NCBI GenBank assembly: GCA_951406725.2
Contig: OX597824.1
Span: 4,712,001 to 4,776,000, forward strand
Length of the DNA stretch: 64,000 nucleotides
Direction of reading: 5' to 3'
Origin: Octopus vulgaris
Lineage: Eukaryota
Below are positions 50,130-62,698 of this stretch, in pieces. The position numbers were made by a program, and so were the translations under genes. How positions within the stretch are numbered: position 1 is the first letter of the stretch; every line of letters starts with the position of its first letter. The notes below the pieces were generated by a model, which was not told where the DNA came from, made no database searches, and worked only from the letters and a program-made list of their open reading frames with translations.

Positions 50130-50790
50130 AAGGGGGAAACTGACATGGCATTCTACTGAGAATCAGCTTGTAGGGACTTCTTCATTCATTACAAGCTGCC
50201 TCCTCTGCCATCAGGGCTAAGATGAGGTGCGTACATAACAAGATCACCTAGATACACAAAAGATGCAGTAACAACATCAGCTGGATGCACATGGTGCTCA
50301 GTTCCTAAAGGTACTTGAGATCAACAGAAACCCAACATCCATTGTTAACTCTATATGCAGACACAAGCCAAATAAACATGGCAAGAAGGATCTCTTTAAG
50401 ACCTGCTTCATGAAGATTCTCCACTTTAATGAGAAGACCATCTCCGCCATTTACAAGGCCATCTGCAGGGAAGACCTCAACATCCTATAGGACTATTCAA
50501 GACTGTCCCTACATAAACACCTATCAATGAGGTGGTCACAAGCAGAACAACAGCAATGCACACTGGCAAACTGACCTATTCTCAACACTAACGTGTGTCT
50601 ACATACATACATGGTACACTAGATATGGTACTCCAAATGCAGCACAGTCTGTCCACTTCATGTCTGAATGAAAGAGCACCTCATTACCAACACATCTGCC
50701 TTCCACAATGAACCTAACCAAATGTGGCAACACTACTAAAGAGATAGATGTCTCCATACTGGCCTTGGAGAGGAACACTGCTTCATAACA
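50130..50790 (+). mobile_element. Penelope-like element 3' fragment (thumb plus GIY-YIG), degraded
   Basis: AFY*ESACRDFFIHYK; IHKRCS; FLKVLEINRNP; CTLAN*PILNTNVCL; PLHV*MKEHL..TSAFH. Confidence 0.6.
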
Positions 50791-50845
50791 AGGAAGCTAT
50801 ATTGGTCCACCGCCTCAACCCAAAAGTTAACAGTCATTTGGAGAT

Positions 50846-50920
50846 GGGCTGAGCTGGGCTGGGCTGAGCTGGGCTGGGCTGAGCTGGGCTGGGCTGAGCT
50901 GGGCTGGGCTGAGCTGGGCT
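50846..50920. repeat. (GGGCT GAGCT GGGCT) x5 G-rich tandem repeat
   Basis: 15 perfect pentamers read directly. Confidence 0.95.
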
Positions 50921-51581
50921 GGCCTGGCTCCTATGAAAACATCACAGTGAGTGCAGCAAACATCATAACACATGGCACCAACACCAACTTCCACCAGAAT
51001 CATGTGAAAACGAGTCTCAACAACCAACAACAGTTGGAGAGTTGCTGCTGCTGCTGCTGCTGCTGCTAACTCAAATGCTGACCAGTTTGAATAAAATATT
51101 GAAATTATTGATGTAACTAGACATTTCTTGGACTGCTTCCTTCTGAGAGTGGGCCTTAGCACCTGAAATATAAAGGTTTTTGTTAAACTTTCTGCATTGT
51201 TAGAAGCCTTCTTCATTTTCTTTTTCTTTTCCTATATGTCATTATTTATTAATTGCTCTAAAATTTGATGAACATTTGTTTGTGAAAAATCTGTGGCTCT
51301 ACCAATATTATATGTGCCTCACTAACATAGCCTTAGCAACTTCTAATGTTTCATCGCTCAGCTCTGCTGAAGGAATTCATTTGATTTGATACATCCTTCA
51401 CTCAAATTACTAGTCCACCTCAGTATAACAATAATGACCAATAAAACATAACTTTAATTAAGCAGTGGATGTCAAATGGCATCCTTGCCAAATTTCTAAA
51501 GGCTCAGTATTGGATTAATTTCATCTTATTTGGATACCGTGTGCGTGTGTGTGTGTATGCATGTGTTTGTGTGTGTGTGTG

Positions 51582-51668
51582 TGCAGGTGTGGGTTTGTGG
51601 TAAGAAGTTTGCTTCTCAACTACATGGTTCTAGGTTCAATCCCTCTACATGGTACCTTGCACAAGTGT

Positions 51669-51713
<45 letters not shown>

Positions 51714-51990
51714 GTTTATATATTTGTTGTGCAAGAATTTTTTTGTGAAATATATATATATATACACCTCTGCTTGTGTGTGAGACTTTCTGTTTGTCTG
51801 TCCTCTCTACACTGCTTATGTGGTGCTGGTGTATTAACATCCCTGTAACTTAGCAGTTCAGCAAAAGAGACCAATAGAATATGAACCAGGCTTTAAAAAA
51901 ATAGTTACTGGGGTCGATTCATTTGCCTGAAATTCTTCAAGGTGGTTCACCAGGATGACCACAGTCTCATGACTGAAACATCTAAAAGAA
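51582..51990 (+). mobile_element. SINE family A (diverged, with internal TA expansion)
   Basis: tgtggtaagaagtttgctt..ggttcaatccc; ccctgtaacttagcagttcagcaaaagagacc. Confidence 0.75.
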
Positions 51991-53003
51991 TATATCTTTC
52001 AATCATCATATTTATCAATCGATTTCTTTTAGTTGTATTTTAAAATGTATTCATATCCTAAGACTCAATACCATTTACCTTCTTCAGTATAGAAATTACT
52101 CTTAAGTCAAGCAGACTTCAATAACATGGCTCTTGCGAAAAAGGGACAAGAGTGACAACCTTTAGCACAGAGACAATACCAAGATGAACTCAAGGCTAAG
52201 AAACAGCAGGTTCAGACACTGATGTATTGCCATGGGCCCTTGGACAACTTACTTCATTAACTTGTCTTTGAAAGAATTCATTGGCAAAGAATCATTTAAC
52301 TGTTAACAATTACTTCAGATGACATCTAACAGTATTTGATCATGTACTGTATCCACACACACACACTCACACAGGTTTGTTATTCTAGCCTTGAATCATA
52401 TCAAATTAAATGGAGCTAACTGCCAAATGATCCATCAAAAAAACAAACAAACAAAACTATCAGTTAAGGCAAGTTAGATAGATGCTAAATGGATGACATT
52501 TTATGACCCAGCTCCATTAGCTAGATGATTCCTGGGGTTTTTTTGTATATATGATCTATACTTCATATATATTTTTTATGATTTATCATCATTATCATTT
52601 TATAATTATTATTTATTATTATTATTATTATCACTTGATAATTATGGCAAATTGAGTCTTTATATTCAAATCTGTTCCTATTTTTATATTTCTCCCAGTA
52701 ATTTCATTAATGTATTCATAGCAACAATTAGTATGTGTTTGTATTCTGTTTGTTTATTTATTTACAAACATGCAAATGAAGAAATATTGACAGTTACTGT
52801 AATACTTTGCTGGTTGCATCGTAACCATATGCAATGCTGTTTTGATGCTCCATATGCATCGCAGCTGTTACATTCCTTCTGCTGACAAATCAAATCTGTT
52901 CTGTAAATCCTAAATATACAAATTCAAAACAACTATCATGTCAGTTAATGAAGTTTGTTGAGTAGGAGCATCAGCATCACGAAACCACAAACTATGTTTA
53001 TAA

Positions 53004-53195
53004 TCATCATTATCATCATCATTTAATATCCATTTTCCATGTTGGCATGGCGTGGTCTGTTAGACAGCATCTGATGAGCTGCAGAGCTGTGCCAGGTTAC
53101 AATGTCAGTTTTGACATGATTTCTACAACTTGATGCCCTTCTTAAAACCAATTACTTTACCGTGTGTACCAGGTGCTTTTTTATGACACTGGCAC
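53004..53195 (-). mobile_element. old RTE-type 3' tail
   Basis: (CAT)n then ttaatatccattttccatgttggcatgg..gatgcccttc. Confidence 0.65.
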
Positions 53196-53201
53196 ATAAT
53201 G

Positions 53202-53246
<45 letters not shown>

Positions 53247-53265
53247 GTAATAATAATAATAATAA

Positions 53266-53481
53266 TAATAATCCTTTACTACTAAAGGCATAAGGCCTGA
53301 AATTTATGGGGAGAGTGGGGGACAAGTTGATTACATCAACCCTAGTGTTTCACTGGTACTTAATTTATTTGCCCCGAAAGGATAAAAGCAAAGTCGAATT
53401 TGAACTCAGAAAATAGCAGCAAGCAAAATACCACTAAGCATTTCACCCACAGTGCTAAGAATTCTGCCTGTTCATTGCTTT
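53266..53481 (-). mobile_element. SINE family C next to a long (AAT)n tract
   Basis: aggcataaggcctgaaattt..ctagtgtttcactggtacttaattt..gaatttgaactcaga. Confidence 0.8.
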
Positions 53482-53504
53482 AATAATATCAATAATGATA
53501 ATAG

Positions 53505-54010
53505 CTGCTCCTGTTATTTAGGGTGTCCTAGATATAAGATAAGGGTGTCAGAAACATCTAGATAATATAAAATGATAATAATGATAAACCATGTCTCAGA
53601 GAAATCCAAAAGATTGTGTTGACAAGTACTGCCCACATCCTTAGAAAAACCCTATCAATTTAAATATTTGTGTAGTATTACATAATTTATATACACTACT
53701 GCCACTGCCACTTCCACTCCCCAAGCTTTCAGTCATTCTGAAAGATCTCTTATCCTTCATGCATCCTAGAAAGAAGAGCTGGGTGTGTTTCAGCAAGTGT
53801 CTGTAACAAACATACGGATTAAAAGTAAATAGTAATAGTAATAATAATAATAATAATAATAATTTTCCCATTTTTTCTATCAATCGACTTTGTAAATGAA
53901 CAAATGTGGTGAGTTTATTTTAATGGCTTACCAATGTATACAGTGAGTTTCTTTGCCCTAGGTGTCGGGAAGACACTCAGAAAGAAGTGGAAACAAAATG
54001 GAAAGAAGAG
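53505..54010 (+). mobile_element. RLE-type LINE extreme C-terminus and 3' UTR remnant
   Basis: PCLREIQKIVLTSTAHILRKTLSI*, the same C-terminal pattern as LQKTALLGTARIL. Confidence 0.6.
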
Positions 54011-54377
54011 AATCATTATCATCATCATCATTATCATCATTTAATGTTTGTTTCCCATACTGAGAACGTTACCATCAGTTTCATGCAGACAATTTCATTT
54101 GGGAACGTTGACAATTCCTTAGACATGGTGATCAGAAATACACATCCACTTTTATTCTTGAAATATATATAGAATTCAGTTGGTTTTGTGTTGATAAAAA
54201 GAACCTGAACCAAATGCAGTGAAAATGTTTTGACTCTGGTCTCTTCACCAACATCAACCAACCAGAGTTTACATGTACCTACAGAATAATAATAATAATA
54301 AAAAAAAGGCCATACACTTCCAGGCACCATGTCTGAAGAGTCATCAATATTGTCAAGTGCAAGAGTCAGTGTGAAAA

Positions 54378-54398
54378 ATGCCAGCATGGAAAATGGAC

Positions 54399-54472
<74 letters not shown>
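54378..54472 (+). repeat. RTE tail stub with expanded (GAT)n
   Basis: tgccagcatggaaaatggac followed by about 24 GAT units. Confidence 0.85.
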
Positions 54473-54473
<1 letters not shown>

Positions 54474-54809
54474 GTACTCTACATAATTATTTGTCTTTAG
54501 TGAGTGTTTTATTTCTTGCTTGTACACAAAAGCACATAAGTATTTGCTGTGAATCCCAAACAGGAAACTAGTTGACTATAACTCAAGAAAGAACTGAATA
54601 CATTATAAATGTACAGTAAATATTCCTTTCATAAAATAGGTAATGCTTGACAATTAGTTAAACTGTTTCGATACATTTCTGTGTCTTCAAAGGAGTGCAT
54701 TGAAACAATTGTAAGGAAATATCTAGTTAATTTGTAATACACACACATACACACACACACACACACACAGAGGTATGAACGTATGCGTGTTTGTTTATCT
54801 TAGTTTTAG

Positions 54810-55105
54810 AATGTGGACGCTACACCCCTGCATGCAATAAGAGACCACTAAAGGAATTTTTTTTGGTAGGACAGGTAAACAAAAGAGTAGACATTAATTT
54901 AGGCAACCTGCTCAAAAATGCACCACCCGTGTAAGTGAACGGTGGAAGCTTGGTTTGTAATATCTGCAGATGTGTATTTATCAAGAGCTGGACTCATTAG
55001 TCACCAGCAGCGCCAAAAGTGTAAAGTATAAATTTGTCTAAGTGCACAGTGTTCTTAATGATCAGTGATGGTCATCCTTGGTTATGAGTGGACATTCATC
55101 ATTCA
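54810..55105 (+). mobile_element. RTE-type LINE C-terminal C2H2 remnant
   Basis: Frameshifted LVCNICRCV / LSRAGLISHQQRQKCKV*, followed by a short UTR ending in cattcatcatt. Confidence 0.45.
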
Positions 55106-55783
55106 CACACACACACAATCCAACAAAGACAATTTTCTCAGTTACAAACTTCTTCCTGTGATCCCTTTCAGCCTACAATGAAAATGTGACAATAACACCA
55201 GCACTGTCATCACTTTATTCTGAAGTTAATCCCAAGAAGTTTGCATGGTGTTAATGGACTTCAGAAAGTTTATTGTTCCAAACTAAATATGCAAGACTAA
55301 TGAAGAAATATGGAAACTCATTTATAAAACATGAACGCTAAATTGTGTCTTTAATATATGTTCAAAAGTACACCTGTTCATTTCCTCACACACACACAAA
55401 TAAGTATATATACACTCATACACACACTACATACATGTATATAACGACTCTAAATAATAACACTGGAAAAAAAAATAAAGTGACAAACCAAAAAAACACG
55501 ATGAAGAAGCCAACACACCAAGATAGAACAAATTTTTCTTCAAAACATACAAAGCTTAAGAACATACCAAAATATCAAGGTAGATGGTATAACATCTGGA
55601 TAAGTTCCTTCCAACATTAAAATAATTGAAAGACGTGGTTTCAATGACTCACAGAGAAAGAAGCCTTTTGTAGGGAACATCAGCTCCAAAGAAAAACAAA
55701 AAGAAAACTCTTATGGCACAAAGAGTCATGAAAATATTGAACCAACTGGTCTAAAAGTAATAAATTTCTCACAGTGAAACCCC

Positions 55784-56178
55784 ATCATCATCATCATTTA
55801 ACGTCCGCTTTCCATGCTGGCATGGGTTGGATGGTTTGACTGAAAAATGGTAAACCAGGGGGCTGCACCAGGTTCCAGTCTGATTTGGCAAGGTTTCTAT
55901 GGCTTGATGCCCTTCCTAACACCAACTACTCCAAGAGTGTAGTGGGTGATTTTTACATGCCACCAACAGGGGTGCCATTGACCTGACACTGGCATTGGCC
56001 ACAACTACAGTCTCACTTGGCTTGAAAGGTCAACATAAGCACAGTATATCACCTAGGATCTTGGTCACCTGTCACTGCTTCCATGAAGCCCAACATGCAA
56101 AAGGTGTTTTTTATGTGCTATCGACATGGGTACCAGTCAGATAGCACTGGCATCTGCCATGACTATGATTTCACTCAG
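55784..56178 (-). mobile_element. RTE LINE 3' UTR fragment nested in the PLE
   Basis: (CAT)n then ttaacgtccgctttccatgctggcatggg.. Confidence 0.85.
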
Positions 56179-57570
56179 GGAAAACAAAATGAAACTTTTG
56201 GAATATGGACTCAAATTCACACCAACTCCTAATCTTGCTATGACAGTTCTTATAAAAAATACTGAGAAAGTTCGAAGAAAACATCTACAAGAATTCTTCC
56301 AAAACCAGCATGACTAAGATCCATCACTTGTGAAAAACAAAACAGGATTTAAACCTCTGACAAACAGGAATAAACACTTAGAGGAATATATACTGTATCC
56401 GAAAAAAGTCTGCAAACTGAAACAGTTCAACAAATCATATAAAATCAAACTTTACAAATGAAGAACAAAAAGTATCAGAATGTCTACAGAAAGATTTCTC
56501 CATAATCATTAAAGAAGTTGATAAAGGAGGAGCCATTGAAATAATGGACAAGATCCATTATAAGGAAATGGCCTTAGAACAACTACATGACCAACTTTTC
56601 CACAAAGAAATCAGAAATCAATGCAGATATATGAACAATGAGTAAAAAACAAATTAAAAACTGGCTCAACAAAAAAGTAGCTGGGTTACCTCAAAAATTC
56701 TTACATATAAAGAAATCGAAATAGCTAAAAGGACCTCCATATACCATATGTAAAGATTCTCAAACCATCTGATCTAAAATTACACCCAATTGTGGGACCA
56801 GCATTTAACACCCAACAATTTTGAAACCTTTGTGCAAATTGGCTTCTAGTTTCATCAGAGATGACACAGCCCTCCTGAACTATATTCCAGAAAGAGTCGA
56901 TAAAGATACAACCCTAGTTAGCTTTGACATAACCAATCTCTACACAAATATTCTTCATATGTATTAGAAGCAGTAGAATTCTAGGCAGACAAATATCCAC
57001 AGGAGAGATTCCCAAAAGAGTTTACACTTGAGGGATTATGGATAGCACTGGAAAACAACGACTTTCACAACCAATATTATGTACAAACACAAGGCACAGC
57101 AATGGTGACAAAAGTCACACCAATGTTTGCAACACAAGTAATGGGATATCTAGAAGAAATAATCTATACCCTGTAGAATTACTTTTGATCATCATTTCCA
57201 AATCTATTTAACAGGTAGCTGGCAAAGATACTTGAATGACTGCTTCATATTTTGGAACAAAAGTAAGGAGGACTATACAAGATTCCTTAAATTAATAAAC
57301 AGTATTCATCAATCAATGTAGTTCACTATGGAAATGAATGAAATGGAACGTCTCTTTCTGGGAATTTTAATCATTAAAAAAAATGGGACAGATACAATCA
57401 ATCTCTACTGAAAGAACACAGACAAATGCTAATACTTAGATTTTAGATCTTGCCACCCTTCCTATACAAAAAGGAACATACTATTCAATATGGTAAGATG
57501 TAAATGCTCGATAATTACAGTTACAAAAAGAGGAAAGAAACGATTGGTAAAACTAAATATGGTCTTTCAA

Positions 57571-57629
57571 AATCAGAAATACCCACAAAAGCTAATAAAT
57601 CAGAAATACCCACAAAAGCTAATAAATCA
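57571..57629. repeat. in-frame 27-bp tandem duplication within the PLE ORF
   Basis: aatcagaaatacccacaaaagctaata x2 (NQKYPQKLI twice). Confidence 0.9.
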
Positions 57630-59341
57630 CGCCATAACCAAAGCAAAAGAAATCTGCTTTACAGAGAAGCACTCACACTGAGGGTGAAAAAAGATATACA
57701 AATATTAATATTTCATTAGCAGTCACCCAAAATCCTAGGAACCACAACATTCAACCAAATGATGCCTCCCCATTCTACATCAATTCTCAAATCTCTTATA
57801 AATGATTGAGAAATCACAAATCAAAAAACGTTGAAGAGAACCATCAAATCTCAAGAGACTCTTAACAAAGGTGAGATTCACATTAGAGAAAGAAGTAATT
57901 CAGGTAACAAATTGTAGAGACATTCATTGCGGAACATGTGAGACAATTGAACAAGAATGGGAATGAATTGAAAGCGAATGAAAACATGAATTGCAAAACG
58001 AAAAAAAAAAATCTTATCTACTGCATTACATGTCCACAATGCTATGAGAATTACATTGGGGAAACAGGAACAAAACTAACCAGCTATGTAAATGACCATA
58101 AACAATATATTAAAGATTCATCTCTTAGAAATATTCCATATAGTAAACATCCAGACATCTATGCAAATGGAAAATTTTAAATATTCTTCTTTTACAAAAT
58201 AAAAGATGTAAATTATTAATTACAAAAGGAAAAAGAAAAATATTTGATAAGAATTCTAAATCTGAAATGAAATATCATTACTAAAAACAACTTCCTCTAT
58301 AAGCACTAGGCTAGACCATTTGTTTGAAAAGTTAAAGAATGAAAGTGATCACATACAAAATACATACTATACACAAATGTTCTTTTAATCACACACACAC
58401 ACAGAGTCAAATTTTCTGACAGTCAAGATTTTCTCAAGGGCATCAGTTATAAAATATTTATATGAAATCAAAATCAGGTCATGGACACTTTACTTTATCT
58501 TAAAAGTAAGTTTGCTTTTTGGCATTCTTCACACTTTAGCTCTCTCTCTCTCTCAAGTTGATCTGTCAAAACCCTATTTTTCTACCAGCACCCAGCTTTT
58601 ACCCATTACTTGGCATCTAAATCATTATTCTCCATAAATACATATCTCTCAGTTTTACTCTAGTTTATTCCTCTTATCAAATAATACAATTAATGGACCC
58701 TCCTCAAGATATGATCAATCCACTGCTGACTTCTCTTAATGAAAATAACCACTGCTATCTCGTTACTCCTCAACTGTAATTCAATATAACGAAATATCTT
58801 TATGAATACATAATTGGTAAAAATCTGACATAACCATGTATTAACGATTATTTGTACTGCTTTAGAAAGATTTAGTCAAACTCCCAGTTTCCCAGCCGGG
58901 TAACAATAATCACAAATAGTTAAACACTGTCAATGTTGAAAAACTTTCACTCACAATAACTAGGCTACTGCTTGGATATTAGATTATTGGCATATTTTAT
59001 ATACTTTTTGAACAATGTAATTTCTCTGTTGTTAATTTCATTTTCCCATTTTAGTTCCAGCAAACTCACTGAACAGGAAACTTAGACAGTTTATCTGTTG
59101 CTAAAATATTCCCTGAATTCCCAGTGTAAAGTCAGAAAATAAGTTTTCTTTATATTTTGTAATAATTGTTTTTGAGTTGCTGGGTTTTGTTTTTGTCTTT
59201 TATTTTTTCCCTTTTTGATAAAAACATCACCATGAAATATTCAACTATTTTATGACAAATGGATGTTATCTTCTGGGAACTGTTTTCAATTTCTTCTTTG
59301 CACTATTTTATTCTAATTTCTTTTACATTTTTTTCACCAAG

Positions 59342-59388
59342 AACTGGAGGATGGAGTAGCAGTGCTTAAAACACAGATAACAATATGA
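59342..59388 (+). CDS. candidate terminal coding exon
   Basis: ttctaat branch-like motif, pyrimidine tract and caccaAG, then (E)LEDGVAVLKTQITI-stop in phase 1; no homology recognised. Confidence 0.25.
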
Positions 59389-59482
59389 CAAAACAACCAT
59401 AATAATAATAAAACTAATAATTATGTAATATAAAAAGAAAAAACAATACATTTTATCAATTTCGATTTCATTTGTGTTCGTT

Positions 59483-59518
<36 letters not shown>

Positions 59519-60606
59519 CACACATGCACTTTGTGTTTGTGTGTTGTATCAATTAACAATATTTGAATGAATACGGTTACAATGATATTACTCTGGCATT
59601 CACTTCATAAAAAATTTAATTTGATTAAATCAGACAGTGCTTATTTTGAAAAAAATATATTCAAATAACAAATAAACAAGGATTGAATGAAAACAAGGGA
59701 AAATAGTAAATGATAATTTTGAATTTTCACGCCTCAGTTAATAACAAACAGCAAACCAAAGCTTAATGCCACATGGCACAGGATGTGTGCTAAAGTATTA
59801 AAACCATATGTATCATTTATGAATTTATAAATTAACAGTTATTCTAACTTACAGAGAATTCCTTTTCATATAAATGTAAGGTTTCCAAGTTGCCTGCATT
59901 GATACACAACTAAATTCATTACAGAACAATCTGAATCTACGCCCAAATTGTTTATACATGACAGTAACAATCAATGTTGATAACCAAAAGTATAATCATT
60001 ATCCTATTCGCATTTGTTTTATCATGCTGGCATGTATTGGATTAGTTTATTATGCTGGCATATTTTGGATTGGTTTGCAATATAACAGCCTTATTATACA
60101 TCTCCATCTTGTGCAATCTACATAGTTACTCAAGCTATAAAAAATAAAGGCCAAACCTCCCTCAAATCACACAATATTTTTCAAAAAATATAGGACATAT
60201 TGGATAATGCAGTCTTAGATATGATGGTCTCAGCTAGAAAATCTTTGGTCATAACATTATACAATTACTGCTAACATTAGGCTAAATAAAAATATTAACT
60301 ATGAAGTAAAATATATTGGACTTGAATGCTTCATTGCTGGTTTTGTTTGATCTGATTGTTATAGGTAACTATGTTGGTTACATTAACACTTGAGGAATTT
60401 CTTGCTTTGGTAGGATTTGAGTTGAATGTTCTACAAATGGATGTCCCTCCCATCCATTAAGCTGGAAAAAAAAAACGTATTGCTTCTTTAACTGTTTAAC
60501 AATCTTTAAATCTATATAATGAAAGGTAGACATAGACAATACTTGTAAGAGACAAGATTACTTGGGAAGCCTGCTTGGAGATAATCCGGCCATAGACTTC
60601 GCATCT

Positions 60607-60834
60607 GGTGAGCTGGAAGAAACGTTAGCACACCGGGCAAAATGCTTAGCGGTATTTCATCTGCCGTTACGTTCTGGGTTCAAATTCCACCAAGGTCGAC
60701 TTTGCCTTTCATCCTTTCGGGGTCGATAAATTAAGTTATAGCTATGCACTGGGGTCGATGTAATCGACTTAATCCCTTTGTCTGTCCTTGTTTGTCCCCT
60801 CTGTGTGTAGCCCCTTGTGGGTAATAAAGAAATA
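60607..60834 (+). mobile_element. SINE family C variant with a different 3' tail and a 13-bp TSD
   Basis: agacttcgcatct at 60594-60606 and agatttcgcatct at 60835-60847; tail ..gccccttgtgggtaataaagaaata. Confidence 0.9.
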
Positions 60835-62252
60835 AGATTTCGCATCTATGCCTATGAAATACAGTGAAATATCTTTAACTTCTTCCACTTGCCATTAATT
60901 TAAGACAATATTAAAACACAGGTTTTCCTAAATTGTTATTGTAGTTCAAGCAATGTTATATGGATATAATTAGCTTTGTATTCAAAAATTTTTTTATTTT
61001 TGTAGACTGCCAAAATACGTTTAATAACTTTATCTTTTGCAGTCATGCAATATTTTCTTTTATTGTTTTACTTTTACAAAATATCTTGGATATATTTTTA
61101 TCATTGAAAAATTAAAAATTTTTTTTAGAGAACTAAAACATTTTTTAACATTTATTGTAATATATAATATATAGTAAAATTTTGATTTTTATCAAATATT
61201 TTATTTGCAGCTTCACAGTTCTCAGTTATTCTGTCTAATGTTGAACTGTCATGAGATTTGTTTGATATTTTGCAGTTGTGAAATATTTTGTTTGAAGTTG
61301 GAGGCACTGAACTAATTACTGAAAGAGCATCCAACCAGACTCACTGTTAATCCCTTATACTAAAGCTTTTATCACAACAAATGATTTCTCATTGAAGCAC
61401 AAAGTCAAATATTGTAAAAGAATGGCTTGGCAGATTGAATCAATTCCAGTATATTACTGGTCTTGGAGAATAAAAGGCAAAGTTGACAATGGTAAGATCT
61501 GAACTCTGAACTCAGATGGAGGAAGCTAAATAATGTAACTCAATGATTTCCACTTCCCACTGGCTCTGCCTTTCAATCCCAGTGTTCTCTGCCCACTTGC
61601 AGTACATAGAATAAAGGGTCACACAACACTACAGAATATGAAACAGGGAATTTCAAAGGTGTTATAATATATGCATTCCCTGATCAATCCTGATGCCTCC
61701 TGGGGAAAAAGTGGTTCTCAATTCAGAAGCCTTTGCAGTAATGCATTGAATTCAGCCTGTTATTATCTTTGAAGTCTACACCACTCTTGCCTATACCATA
61801 ATGATATTAATGAAGATTTCTTACAGTGGAACATTACTTAATATCTATAAGAGAAATGGTAAGTTATGACACTTATAACTTACCCAACTGTATTATCGGT
61901 GGAACGGAAGTGAAGTGGCAATAATGTAAAACAAAATGGAGTGGCAGACTTGGCTCGTTGTATGCTAACTAATATTTTACCTTTAAAACTGTATTCCTTC
62001 AAAACAGCAAAAATTCCTGAGAGACGTGGTTTAGGATTATACACTTCACAATCAATATTGCACTTGCTTACATAACCAATATCTACATAGTAACTTCAAT
62101 AAAGATTCAGGTGAGATTAGAACAAACTAGTAAGCATAGAAGAAGTGAGCCTGCACATTTATTTAACAGAAATTTGATTACTAATAACTTAGTAATTTCT
62201 CAATTAACAGACACTGAATACAAATAACAACATAAAAGTTAAGGTGATATAC

Positions 62253-62424
62253 AGGTGCCGACATGGCTGTGTGGTAAGACGTTTGCTTCCCAGCCACATG
62301 GTTCTGAGTTCAATCCCACTGTGTGGCACCTTGGGTAAATGTCTTCTACTATAGCCTCTGGCTGACCAAAGCCTTGTTAGTGTATTTGGTAGATGGAAAC
62401 TGAAAGAAGCCTGTCATGTATATA

Positions 62425-62476
<52 letters not shown>

Positions 62477-62698
62477 CATGCGTGTGTGTGTATGTCTTTG
62501 TGTCTGCGTTTGTCCCCCTACTATCGCTTGACAACTGATGTTCGTGTATTTATGTCACCCGAAATTTAGCGGTTTGGCATAAGAGACTGATAGAATAAGT
62601 GCTAGGCTTACAAAGAATAAGTCCTGGTGTCGATTTCTTCGACTAAAGGTGGTGCTCCAGCATGGCCGTAGTCAAATGACTGAAAAGAGTAAAAGAGT
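62253..62698 (+). mobile_element. SINE family A (full length)
   Basis: atggctgtgtggtaag..gagttcaatccc..ggtgctccagcatggccgtagtcaaatgactgaaa. Confidence 0.9.

Larger units (their letters stand above)
55450..59140 (+). mobile_element. Penelope-like element (Neptune-type RT plus GIY-YIG), near full length and degraded
   Basis: IIIKEVDKGGAIEIMD; SFIRDD; LVSFDITNLYTNI; QTQGTAMVTKVTPMFA; WQRYLNDCFIFW; YLDFRSCHPSYTKRNI; CRDIHCGTC; NLIYCITCPQCYENYIGETG. Element ends are approximate. Confidence 0.9.

Noticed and set aside
61006-61116. Acceptor followed by a hydrophobic GPI-signal-like reading frame
   Set aside because: The hydrophobicity is explained by T-richness, and there is no other support
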